Assembly (NCBI RefSeq): GCF_964213995.1
Contig: NW_027590144.1
Location: 1,178,001 to 1,242,000 of the forward strand
Source: Mustelus asterias
Taxonomy: Eukaryota
Direction of reading: 5' to 3'
Length of the DNA stretch: 64,000 nt
Each line of letters begins with the position of its first letter. Position 1 is the first letter of the stretch. Below the pieces are notes generated by a model. The model was not told the DNA's origin, did no database searches, and was given only the letters and a program-made list of their open reading frames with translations. Made by a program: the position numbers and the translations under genes. This document shows, in pieces, positions 1 to 11,910 of this stretch.

Positions 1-229
1 CATTCCTGAGCGGAGACTGTCAACCGACTGCTGGCCGAGAAGTTCCCGTTCACGTCACAGGCGGGAGAGGTGACAATTCCTGAATCTACGGGTTTCCCAT
101 TCTTCAGCCACTTCACCGTCATTGACTTTGGCTGGAAATCGATGATTGAACAGACGATGGTTGCAAATTTCCTGCTTCTGATTTCTTCACTGGAACTCAC
201 GGTGAGGATAACGGTTGGGGGAATGTCGC
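1..229 (-). CDS. IGHM: IgM heavy-chain constant exon Cmu2 (5' part; runs off the window edge)
   Basis: Acceptor ...gtttgttgaag| ending at 230, phase 1. Open frame (C)[76 protein letters not shown]: C1-set Cys/FxP/Trp pattern typical of shark Cmu2. Confidence 0.93.
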
Positions 230-309
230 CTTCAACAAACACATGTTAGACGTTACTTGCCTAATCAATTGATAACAATTAAAATTAGTTGTAATATTTT
301 CGAAGGGTA

Positions 310-1070
310 GCTGTCGACTTGAGAATGATATCCGTGGTTTGGTTAAATGGGCAGGGAAGTGGCGAATCGAATTCAACAGTCAGAAGTGTCACGCAATGCA
401 TTTGGGGAGGGCAAACAAAGCAAGGGGATAGTCAATAAACTGGAAGGTTGAGAGGGATTGAGGAAATGCGAGACCTTGGAATGCATTTCCACAGGACTTG
501 TAGATGGTAGGGCAGCTAAAAGTTGATCAAGAAATCATATGGGGTTAGTTCCTCTATTATGTGCGGTATTGAGTACCAAAACAGTAATGTAATGATGGAG
601 CTGTATAAAATGCCAGTTAGGCCACGTTTGGAGTTTGCTGTACAGTTCTGGTCACCACGTTGCAGGAATGACGTAATGACTCTGGCGAGAGATGAGGTTT
701 ACAAGAATGTTGCCAGGGCCTGAAAATTGCAGCCATGAAGCGAGATTGGATAGGCAGGGGTTGATCTCCTTAGAAAATGAGGAGGCTGAGGCGTGACGTA
801 ATTGTGGTTCACAAAATTATAAGGAAGGTAGACAGAAATAATTCATTCCCCAAGTGGAGGGTTGAATTACCACGGAGCATGGTCATTTAAAAGGTATCTG
901 GGTCTGTATCTCAAGTGCTTTACCCTGCTAGGCTACGGCACAAGGGCTCGAAAATGGGCTAAAATGTCTGGCTAGTTTATTTGTTCTCCCTTTTGGCCAG
1001 CACAGACATGATGGGCTAAATGGCCTCATTCTGCACAGTAACGTTTCTGTTGTTTGTTTGGTTCTGAGCA
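310..1070 (+). mobile_element. Decayed CR1-type LINE 3' fragment in the Cmu1-Cmu2 intron
   Basis: Remnant ORF 523-723 LYKMPVRPRLEFAVQFWSP matches the CR1 ORF2 C-terminal motif LYxxLVRPHLEYCVQFWSP seen in intact copies in this window. Confidence 0.8.
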
Positions 1071-1205
1071 ACGTTTCAGTCAGTAGACACTTACCTGGAT
1101 TTTGCTTAATTCAAATTTTTCAGAGTGCTACAAATCAGTTATAACTAAAGACTTATACAGTTCAATCACAGCGTCTCTGTCTTGCCCAGGTTCCACAACA
1201 CTTAC

Positions 1206-1505
1206 ATTGCATTTCTATGCTCTTGACTGAGCCGCTGTGTCGAACCTCACAGTCAATTTTGGGGCATTCTCCCTCTGAGTCAGTGATGGTTAACTGGCTG
1301 CTCAGTGTGTAGGTTCCCTTCGTGTTTCTCACTGACGGGTAAGTCTTAAATCCAGTGTTAACCAGCTGTCCATTTTTCTTCCAGGTGAGACTGGTGATTT
1401 CTGGAGAGTAGTCCATCGCCAAACAGCCATAGGTGACGGAGCCGTCGGTGTTTTTTTGCTGACAGGAGGAAACCAGGCTGTAGAGAGTGGGCGGAGACGG
1501 TGCCG
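1206..1505 (-). CDS. IGHM: IgM heavy-chain constant exon Cmu1
   Basis: 300-nt exon between tttttttcccag| and |gtaag, phase 1/1. Translates (A)[99 protein letters not shown](C); A-strand Cys (SSC), usually assigned to L-chain linkage, is present. Confidence 0.95.
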
Positions 1506-2040
1506 CTGGGAAAAAAATAGCCGAATGAAAACGTTAGACTCTTACTTGTGTTTATCAATTAATCAAACATGTTTAGACAAATATATGTTTCTATCAGATG
1601 TCGCGCTTGGGGCTAAAGGGGGGGGGGGTCAAGGGATGGGGAGTAGGCGGGAACAGGATATTGATGAGCCATGATCAAAATAAATGGCGGAACAGGCTCA
1701 AAGGGCCGAATGGCATCCTCCTGCTTCTATTTTCTATGTTTCTACATCACGATTTTTTAGAATTATGAACTTATCCTCATATTTCCCGATTAAAACCTGC
1801 ATCCACCTTTGAGATTCTGTTACTTCTATCATTTAGGAATCGTCATCTCTGTAGAACATCCCTGTCTCCACCTCCATCAGACTGGAAAGAAAAAAAAACA
1901 TTCTGTGCGATCGAAATGACATACCATTGCTTGGTATAATATAGAAGAGCACGATTTTCTCCATTATTTCAGCAACTATTTGTTTCTCAAACAACAGCAC
2001 TTTGTGATGAAGAAGTTGCCTCTTCATTCATATCATCCAC

Positions 2041-2077
2041 TCACCTGATGAAGGAGCAGCGCTTCGAAAGCTCGTGA
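2041..2077 (+). ncRNA. Minimal type-I hammerhead ribozyme motif in a Penelope-like terminus (antisense to IgH)
   Basis: TCAC-CTGATGA-aGGAGC agc GCTTC-GAAA-gcTC-GTGA: stem I, CUGANGA core, stem II, GAAA, palindromic short stem III. Confidence 0.75.
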
Positions 2078-2319
2078 TTCCAAATAAACCTGACGAGTGA
2101 CTTTGCTTCAAAAATACCTCCGGAATGAATACTTACAGAATGACCAGGAAACTCTAAATGTGATTACCAATTCAAATAATTGCAACATTGACTCTTGGAG
2201 GATCATGCATTAATATCAGGAGATGGCCATTCGGGCCCTGAATTCTTTTCCATCATTCAATCAGATTATGGTTGAGCTGATTATGGTGCAAGCTCCATAT
2301 TCCATTTCCCGCCGATAAC

Positions 2320-2862
2320 CCACTCTCTGCCCCTTTTCCCCGGCTCTCTGCCCTTTTCTGTGGCACTTTCACCCTTTCCCCCGGCACTCTGCACTGCCCC
2401 CCCCTCCCCCCAGCTCTCCGCCCTCTCCCCCGGCTCTCTGCTCTCTGTCCCAGCTCCCTACCCACTTCCCCAGCTCTTCGCCCTTTCCCCCGGGTCATTA
2501 CCCTTTCCCCGGGCTCTTTGCCCTTTCCCCCAGCTCTCTGCCATCTGTCCCGGCTCTCTACCATTTCCGCCAGCTGTCTACCCTTTCCCGGGCTCTTTGC
2601 CATTTCTGCTAGCTCTCTGCACCTCCCCCCGGCTCTCTGCCCTCTGTCCTGGCTCTCTGCCCTTTTCCCAGTCTCTCTGCTCTTTCCCCAGACTTTCTGC
2701 CCTTTCCCCTGGCTCTCTGCTCTTTTTCCAGCCTCTCTGCTCTTTCCGCCACCTTTCTGCCCTTTCGCACGCATACTGTTCTCCCCCCGGCTCTTTGCCA
2801 TTTTCCCTGGCACCGTGCCCCCAGCGATTCCCTCCAGCTCTCTGCACTCCCAGGGCAGCTCC
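2320..2862. repeat. Degenerate ~19-20 bp minisatellite, G/purine-rich on the IgH sense strand
   Basis: Units like ctctctgccctttcccc(c)ggct / cagct repeat throughout; the overlapping low-complexity ORFs are artefacts of it. Confidence 0.9.
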
Positions 2863-2927
2863 CACATTTGAACAACAAGTATAGCTTCAGTTCTGTCTGC
2901 TCTCTCGTTGCAATCATACTCACACTG

Positions 2928-3952
2928 AATTAGTGAGCGTGAGTGAGAGAATGTGAGTGCGTCAGGGTGAGTGACTGAATGAGCGAGAGTGGATCAGTGA
3001 TGGAAGGTGGGTAAGTGAAAATGAGTGAGTGAGTCTCTTTGAGTGAGGATGAGTGATTGAGGGTAAGTGAGTAAATAAGGGTGCATGAGAGAGGGTGTGT
3101 GAGCGAAGGTGGCTGAATGTGTGAATGAGGCCGTGTAAGTGAATGTGTGTGAGTGAAGGTGGGTGAGTGAGATTATGTGAGTGGTGGTGGGTGTGTGAGT
3201 GAGTGTGAGAGTTAGGGAGGGTGGGTGAGTGTGGGAGAGTGAGTGAAGATGTTTGAGTGAGGATGAGGGATTGAGGGTGAGTGAGTGAGTGAGTGAGTGA
3301 GGGTGGGTAAGTGGGTGTGAGTGAGAAAGGGTGAATATGAGGGTTGGTGCGTGACTGAGGCAGTGAGTGAGTGAGTGAGGGTGAGAGAGTGAGGGTGAGT
3401 GAATGTGAGTGAGCAGGTGAGGGGGAGTGAGTTAGGGTGTGTGGTTGAGGGTAAGAGAGTGAGTTAGAGTGAGAGTGTGTGAGTTAGAGTGAGTGTGTGC
3501 GAGTGAATGAGTGAGGATGGGTGAGGGTGAGTGAGTGAATATGAGTGAGTGAGGGTGTGAGGGTGAGGGAGTCAGGGCGAATGAGGATGGGTGAGTGAGG
3601 GTGAGTTAGGCTGAGGATGAATTTGTGAGGGTGAGTGATTGATGGTGAATGAGTGAGGGTGAGTGTGTGTGTTTGAGTGAGTTAGGGCGAGTGGGTGAGG
3701 GAGGATGAGTGAGGGTGAGTGAGAGTGGGTGAGTGAGTAAATGAGAGAGAGTGGATGAATGAAGATGGATGAGTGAGGGTCGGTGAATGAGTACGGGCGA
3801 GGATGAGCATTGGAGAGCGTGAGGGTGGGTGAATGAGGGAGTGGGTGAGCGAGGGTGAGTGAGGGTGAGTGGGTGAGAGTGAGTGAGCGGGATTGGGTGA
3901 GAGTAAGTGAATGAGGGTGTGTGAGTGTGTGAGGGTGAGCGAGTGTGGGTGA
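2928..3952. repeat. Degenerate (GAGT/GGGTGAGT)n simple repeat
   Basis: Directly visible tandem gagtgagt/gagggtgagt arrays. Confidence 0.95.
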
Positions 3953-3974
3953 ACATTTTCCTGATCTTTTCCTG

Positions 3975-4530
3975 TAGGCACGATAGTTATACAGTTTGTC
4001 CGGTTCAGTTTCTTGTCAATGGTAACCCCGGGATGTTGACAGTGGGGGATTGATTGATGGTATTGTCATTGAATGTCATGGTGTGACAGTTAGATCATTT
4101 CTTACTGGAGATGGTGATTGTCTTCATTCGTGTGGTGCAAATGTTACTTGCCACTTGTCAGCCCAAGCCTGGATGCAGTCCAAAACTTGTTTCATTGGAC
4201 ATGGACTATTTCATTATCTGTGGAGTCCCATTTGGTGCTGAGCATTGTGCAATCATCAGTGAACATCCCTACTTCTGACCTTGTGTTGGAAGGAGTGTCA
4301 GTAATGAAGCAGGAGAAGATTGTTTGTCCCAGAACACTCCCCTGCCGAACTCCTGCACTAACATCTGAACTGAGATGTTTGACCTCCAACAACCAATACA
4401 ATCTTGCTTTGTGCTAAGTATGACTCCAAACAGAGTAGAATTTCCCCCTGATTCCCATTCACTCCAGTTTTACTCGGGCTCCTCGAGCTCATACTCGTTC
4501 ACAAGCTGCCTGGATGACAAGGACAGTCAC
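3975..4530 (-). mobile_element. Decayed LINE RT fragment (CR1/L2-like)
   Basis: ORF 4192-4401 AGVRQGSVLGQTIFSCFITD...MFTDDCT resembles RT motifs GVPQGSVLGP and FADD. Confidence 0.75.
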
Positions 4531-4537
4531 TTGAGCA

Positions 4538-6279
4538 CGTGTGTGAGATGGAGAATGTTTGTGAGAGAGAGTTTGGGTGTATATCTGAGTGTGAGTGCGA
4601 CTGTGTGTGTGTGTGTGTGTGTGCGTGAGAGAGAGAGAGAGTTTCTGTGTGTAAGAGAGTGTTTTTGTGAAAGACAGTGTATTTGTGTGAAAGAGAAATA
4701 GTCTGTGGGTGTGTGTGTGAGAGAGAGAGGGTGAATGTGTGTGTGAGAGAGAGTGTTTGATCGAGTGTGTGTTTTTGTGAAAGGGGGGAGTGTGTGTGTG
4801 ACAAAGTACGTCTTTCTGTGATGGAGTGTGTGCTTATGTGAAAGGGAGTGTGTCTGCGTGAGATACAGTTGTCTGTGAAAAAGAGCGTGTTCGTGAGGGA
4901 GAGGGTATGTGTGTGGGAGAGAGTGTTGTATTCATGTGAAAGATAGTGTTTGTGAGAAGGAGGGAAAGGTGTGCTGTTGGAAAGCAAAATATGTTCAGGA
5001 GTGTGTGAAAATGTGTGTGTGATTGCGTGTGTGTGAGAGATTGTGCGCAATGTGTGTGAGGTCGGAGCAATGTGTTTGTGTGTGTGTGAGAGAGAGAGGG
5101 AGAGAGAGAGTTTTTATGTGTGCTATGTGTGTGAGAGAGAGATTTCCTGTGGTGTGTGTGTGAGACACGTGTGAGTTTGCACGTGTGTGAAGCAGTAGTA
5201 TGTGCGTGCATGAGGAGAGAGTGTGTGTGAGAGAAAGGGTGTGTGTGAGAGAGAGAAGGTGTGTTTGAAGAGTTATTCTTCATGTGTGTGAGAATGTGTC
5301 TCTGTTCGAGAAAGCGTGTGTGTGCGTGTATGTGTGTGTGGAGGGGCGGGGAGAGTGTGGTTGAGTGACAAAATGAGTGCAATTTAGACACAGTGGATCA
5401 GTGAGTGTGTGTGAGATAACTGCTGAGAGAATGTGTGTCTGTGAAAGGCGGAGTGTTTAAGAGTGATGCATTGTGCAGACATGTGTGTGCATGTGTGAGA
5501 GACTGTGTGCGAGATTGCGTGGGTGTCAGAGAGAGAGTGTTTGTGAGCGAGTGCTTGAAAGCAAGAATGTGCATGTGTGAGATAATGTGTAATGGAGTGA
5601 GCGTGTGAAAGAGAGAGAGACAGGGAATATGTGCCTGTGTGAGACAATGCAAGTGCAAGTATGGGTATCAGAGAGACAGAGCATGTGAATGAGTGTGAGA
5701 CAGTGAGAGTGCAGGAAGAGGCAATGTGAGAGAGATAGTGCATGTATGTGTGTGTGAGAGAGAGAGAATGTGTGCGCGAGAGTGTGAGATTGTGCTTATG
5801 TGAGATACTGTGTCTATGTGTAAGAGTGTGTGTTAGAGTGTGTGCATGAGAGAGTGTTTGTGACAGAGCAAGAATGTGAATGTGTGAGATAGTGTGTGAA
5901 ACAGAGAATGAAATATGTGCGTGTGCGTGAGAGGGATGCGTGTGCAAGAGGAATTGTGAGAGAGCGTGTGTGAATAAGTGTGAGACAGCTTGAGCGTGTG
6001 TGACCAAGTATGTGTGAGACAGAGAATGCATGTGAGTGTGCGTGTAAGAGAGTGTGAGACTGTACTGATGTGAGAGTGTGTGTCTGTGTGTAAGAGAGAA
6101 AGTCCGTGGGGGTGTGCGTGTGTGAGTGCTTTTGTGTATAGGGGTATCAGACATTGATTGGGAGAGCGAAAGTATGTATGTAATTGTGTTTGAGAGAGTG
6201 TGTGTGTACGTGAGAGAGAGATGATATGTGTGGGTGCGTTAAAGAGTTCGTTTGAGAGAGAAAGTGTGAGTATGTATCT

Positions 6280-6324
<45 letters not shown>

Positions 6325-6390
6325 CATGTGTGCGAGAATATAAGAATGTGCATTTGTGTATTTATACGTGTGAGAGTGTCGATGTGTGTA
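4538..6390. repeat. Long degenerate (GT)n/(GA)n low-complexity tract, with pure (GT)n near 6284-6320
   Basis: Directly visible; source of the His/Thr-rich spurious ORFs. Confidence 0.95.
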
Positions 6391-6449
6391 AGTCTCTATC
6401 TGGCTGACTCAGCTTCGAATATCACTCCACACATACCCTCATCCACTCT

Positions 6450-6477
6450 CACAGTGAGTGACAAGTGAACACAATAC
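6450..6477 (+). other. Orphan/cryptic 12-bp-spacer RSS in the J-C intron
   Basis: CACAGTG (6450-6456) + 12 nt agtgacaagtga + acacaatac (6/9 match to ACAAAAACC). Confidence 0.4.
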
Positions 6478-7082
6478 GGACCGCGGGGCAAGGATTGGAA
6501 AAACATTTAAATCTTCCTCAAATCAGTCTTAATTGAATAATTTTCACTTGCTTCAATCAGGGGAACTTGTAAAAAACTCAAGAAATTCGACAGAATCCAG
6601 GACAAAGCGACCCACAAGATTACCTGCCTTAATTTACCGCATTCACTCTCTCCATCACCAACAAGCAGTGACAGCACTATGCATCACATAGAAGATGTAC
6701 TGCAGCAACTCAGCAAGACTCCACTGAAAGCATTGTCTAAACCCGCTGCCTTTACATCCGAGCAGGGCAAGGAGAGCAGCACATAGGAACACTACCACCT
6801 ACAAGCTCCCCTCCAAGTCAACCATCCTGACTACCACCTACAAGCTCCCCTCCAAGTCAAACATCCTGACTTGAAACAATATCTCATTTCCTTCACAGTC
6901 GCTGGGTCAAAATCCTGCGTAACAGCACGGCGAATGCCAACACCATGTGCACCACAATTATTCAAGGATACTTTATATCAATTCTTTTCCAAGGAACAAT
7001 TTTAAAATTCTGGCTTTCCAAGCGACTCTAAATTGCCTTCAGAAATTAAAAATAAGATGCAAACGAATGTGTAACTGGTGTA

Positions 7083-7993
7083 ATCAGCAAGTTTGCGGAT
7101 GACACGAAGATGGCTGGACTTGCGGATAGCGAACAGCATTGTCGGGCAATACAGCAAGATATAGATAGGCTGGAAAATTGGGCGGAGAGGTGGCAGATCG
7201 AGCTTAATCCGGATAAATGCGAAATGATGCATTTTGGAAGAAATAATGTAGGGAGGAGTTATACAATAAATGGCAGAGTCATCAGGAGTATAGAAACACA
7301 GAGGGACCTAGGGGTGCAAGTCCACAAATCCTTGAAGGTGGCAACATAGGTGGAGAAGGTGGTGAAGAAGGCATATGGTATGCTTGCCTTTATAGGACGG
7401 GGTATAGAGTATAAAAGCTGGAGTCTGATGATGCAGCTGTATAGAACGCTGGTTAGGCCACATTTGGAGTACTGCGTCCAGTTCTGGTCGCCGCACTACC
7501 AGAAGGACGTGGAGGCGTTAGAGAGAGTGCAGAGAAGGTTTACCAGGATGTTGCCTGGTATGGAGGGTCTTAGCTATGAGGAGAGATTGGGTAAACTGGG
7601 GTTGTTCTCCCTGGAAAGACGGAGAATGAGGGGAGATCTAATAGAGATGTACAAGATTATGAAGGGTATAGATAGGGTGAACAGTGGGAAGCTTTTTCCC
7701 AGGTCGGAGGTGACGATCACGAGGGGTCACGGGCTCAAGGTGAGAGGGGCGAAGTATAACTCAGATATCAGAGGGATGTTTTTTACACAGAGGGTGGTGG
7801 GGGCCTGGAATGCGCTGTCGGGTAGGGTGGTGGAGGCAGGCACGCTGACATCGTTTAAGACTTACCTGGATAGTCACATGAGCAGCCTGGGAGTGGAGGG
7901 ATACAAACGATTGGTCTAGTTGGACCAAGGAGCGGCACAGGCTTGGAGGGCCGAAGGGCCTGTTTCCTGTGCTGTACTGTTCTTTGTTCTTTG
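7083..7993 (+). mobile_element. Young 5'-truncated CR1-type LINE (RT C-terminus, 3' UTR, gttcttt tail)
   Basis: KFADD at ~7089; ORFs 7110-7349 and 7350-7919 separated by one stop; LVRPHLEYCVQFWSP motif. Confidence 0.92.
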
Positions 7994-10819
7994 AATTTGA
8001 CCGTCTAACTGTCCAACTAAACTGGTCAGGGACTGTTATAGTACGGAGCACAATATAGTAAATCTCCCTTTGCTTTTGCTCATCGAAAGTTCCCAAGGCC
8101 GGTACATCACTGGTTAAAAATCAACCAAATCTCCTTCTATAATCTGACGGTTCTGCTCTCTCTAACGGTCACAATGTGCTTGAGGGATCTCATTTCTGAG
8201 ACGCCGAGTCAAACATCAGATCAACCTGTCACGTTTCTCACAGATACAAGTTTATTGAAGAAATAAATCAATTTTTACTCCCTGAAATACAGGGGAAGGA
8301 ACCAAAAGTTTTACAGCCAGTCAGCCAGACCCTTGATGCCAACACAGTGACCACGCGCACAGAAACAGAACAGACACAAATGGTGCAACAATCGAGTTCC
8401 CAGCAGATTGATCTGTTCAATTTCATTCAAACTGTTTGATTCTAATTGATCAATGATCAACTTACAACAACAACAAAAATCAATAAACTCTTTTAAATTA
8501 AACTGATATTCATTCCAAAATTCCGTTCGACTTTTAATTATTTCTGTCTGTCTCAATTCTCGAAAACAATGTAAAAATGTAATTTCACTGAAAATGAGCA
8601 CTCAAAAATAACAGATTCAGAATTGTTCAATGTCCCTAACAGAGATGCAGTGAAACAGCAACAATTAAACAAACCAAGAAACATTTACATTGAAAACCAT
8701 TACCTGCTTTGATCAAATTTCTTAATTAAATGTAATCAACAAAATATTCGAGGCAAAACACTTTATCGAGCTGAGTACAGCAGAGTAAAGAAATGTTTTG
8801 CTTCTGAATTCATTTCCGATAGAATTAAATATTTTCTGAAACGGATATTTTGCACGCCAGTGCACTATCAAGGTCCTTTGTTTTGCATTAATCAGCACCA
8901 ATATGATATTTTAAGTTATTGTTATTTGCCAGTCGGGTCTCCTGATAGCTGATTTGTACTCTGCAACAAAATCAGTTTTCAATCATTCCAAACTTGCTTT
9001 GTTCTGGAACATTGTTAAAGAACTAGGTTCCAATTCAGTCTTGAACAATCTTAAACAATAAATTTCAAATTACTGAATGGAAAGATTCAGGAATCTGTAA
9101 TTCATTTGCTTAAATCTAATCACATTGTAATATTTTACTTTTTCACTTTTACTCCAAATGTCTTATTATAACCTACAAACGTGTTAAAATGCATACTTCC
9201 GAATTCCTTTATACTGTAACGGCCTGGCACTTTGAAATCAATAAAACTGTTTCCTCGGTTTAATAATTTAGACTATCCATCTAATTTAATTACTGAACAT
9301 ATTGTTTAATTGAAGAAGATCTGAATTAAGCAGTGCAAGACATAATGAGGACAATTGATTCCAATCCTCTGCAATATCGAAACATGATGCAGAATATAAG
9401 TCCAGACATTTTCTTAAGTATAATATTTAATTAGAATTAAACATGAGGTTCAGAGAGAATTAACTTTTCTATTCTGTCATTGATTCATCCTATAATTCTA
9501 TCCTGTGTTCACCAGTAATGGGAGACAGGATGTTATTATTAAGTGCAGAGCAAATATTATTTTTATAACATTTGAAATATCATTGCAATATTTTTATATA
9601 AATTAATCTTTTTGAATTTCAAGCATTAACTTGTCAATCTCGAGCCAGTTTCTGTTGACAATTTACTACAATTCAAATATAATTATATGAACAATTATTT
9701 GAAGTTAGCAAATTCACCTGTCAGAAAACATGTGTTCACTGTCACATGAATTCAAACTGTTTGATTTTAATTTATCAATGGTCAAATTGCAACAACAAAA
9801 TAAGCAATAACTTATTTTAAAATAAACTGATGTTCATTTCAAAACTCCCTTCGACTTTTAACTATCTCTCCCTGTCTGTCGCAAATCTCGAAAACTGGGC
9901 AAATAATGTAATTTTTCTGAAAATGAGCACATCAAATTCAGGGTAATGTAATATCCCTAACAGAGATACAGTGACACAGTAGGAATTGTAATTCATGATT
10001 TACTTCAATATGTAAGCAACAGTTGACATGAATAAAATGATTTAGCCTATATTCATTTTTTTTCCGAAACAAGTTTGTTTTACCCCTACAAGAATTTTCA
10101 AACGCAGTTTGTTTATTCATTTAGCCAAAAAACGTGTACCCGCTCAATATTACTGAGCTCAATCAATTCAGAAACGATTAAGAAATACCAAACCATTTCA
10201 CAATTTTAAAATGAGATTAGTGATTAATTATCTCGCTATCCAATTCTAAATTACTTGGAAGGAATATGTGGTTGCACCTGCACAGATAGAATCTAATTAT
10301 CGGATACATAAATTGCGAAATAGCAATGTCTTATTCTCCAAAACTCATATTTAAGTGAATGCGAACTTAATCAGGGAGATACCGATTAATGCAAAGTATC
10401 TTGTTATACTGAGCGCTGCTATTGAAACAGCTTGTTATCATTGAAATAGTTTCTGGAATTATCTCAAAACATTTCCAGCCTAGAAACTTTTCTGGTCATG
10501 TTAATTGTGTGCAAAGCACAGCAGAACTATTAAAGCCGATTAATGCGAAATACTAATGTAAAACAACCTTCAGTGAATATGGAGTTATGTTACCGATTAA
10601 TAATAGTTTGATTTATATTAATTTTACTATCAAACTTGATAATGAGAAGTTTATGATTGCAGCAACGACTTAGTGTCCGATTGAGCGTTGTAAGACATGA
10701 TTTATTTTAATTTCCAAGCGTTAGATAAAATTTATTAAAATGCTGTGATATCTTTATTTTATTTCTTCCACAACCTGCTTGTTTTCTTCCTGCAAGGATT
10801 CTCAAACTCATAGATTGCT

Positions 10820-11910
10820 TGCATTCAACCAGAAAACGTGTAACCGCTCAATGCCACCGGGTTTAAACAATGCAGAAACAATGCCGAAACACCAAACCAT
10901 TTCACACATTTTCAACATTCAGAATGACCCAACCACAGAACCTACTCAACAGAAACACGCCAAAACACATCAATGAGGGAATGAATCCGTTTCACGGAGA
11001 CGCAGCTCAATTATCCATTCAACAAAATCAGAAATATCATTGCAAGAAAATCTCAATATCGAATCCAGCAAACCAGCTCGTCACCAAATGTTTGAATGAC
11101 TAAACAAGCCAGAAATCTGGAATAAGAGCAATAGCATTGCGAGGAGGTGGAATACGTCCAATAAATTAATATTGAAACTTTACCACATTCTATTCATATT
11201 CGGTCATATTTCAAACAGATTTCAAATATATTGAAACATTTGGATGATAAAAGCTGCAGCCATCAGATGCCACCAACGTTGCATATATCCCAAATTGTGA
11301 ATGCAGTGGCAAACTATGTTCTGGACGAGGGGCATAAACCGTGGTTTAGTTTAAACTGCAATTATCACTTACGATTCTAAAAATACAAATACAATAAAGC
11401 CTGCCTGATTTCTGTCTGCAGGCACACACGTCAAGCAGTTTAAAACCCGCAGACTTTGTGTTCAATCACAAAGCGTGTAACAGCTCAGTGTCACCGAGTG
11501 TGAACAATGCAGAATCGCCAAACCATTTCACAAATTATACTTATTCAAAGTCACCCAGACAGACAACCTCCTCACCAGAAAAACGCATCACTGAGGGACT
11601 GAACTCCGGTTCATGCAGAAGCAGCTCAATTCCACAAACATTTGCAACAGAATCAAATTTCACATTGGCAGAAAATCTCAATTAAAAATCCAGCCAATCC
11701 GCCCATCACCAAAGTAACTAATGATTAAAATGAGCACAAAAATGACATAACAAAACCAGCATTGTGATTAAGTGGAACATGTTCATAACATTAATGCAGG
11801 AACTTTAACACATGTTGTTAATATTGGGTTAGATTTCAAACACTTGTGTAGTATGTGGTACAACTCGCAGCCACTGGATGTCACCGAGATTAAACATTGC
11901 AGAAACGCCG
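10820..11910. repeat. Diverged direct repeats 3' of JH (10820-11290 vs 11455-11910; partial further units near 10125 and 11860-12130)
   Basis: Shared blocks aacgtgtaac(c/a)gctca..., ccaaaccatttcaca, gcagctcaatt, gaaaatctcaat, agatttcaaa..gcagcca in the same order. Confidence 0.75.

Noticed and set aside
1206-1270. Extra cysteines in Cmu1 (EGEC; junctional QC) as a novelty
   Set aside because: From recollection, similar extra Cys occur in other shark Cmu1 sequences; not distinctive without an alignment.
2253-6468. Many long ORFs rich in G/R/E, P/S/L or H/T
   Set aside because: Overlapping frames on both strands of minisatellite and dinucleotide repeats; no domain or splice support.
6791-6868. 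39-bp tandem duplication
   Set aside because: Local slippage inside an old LINE fragment; no functional hint.
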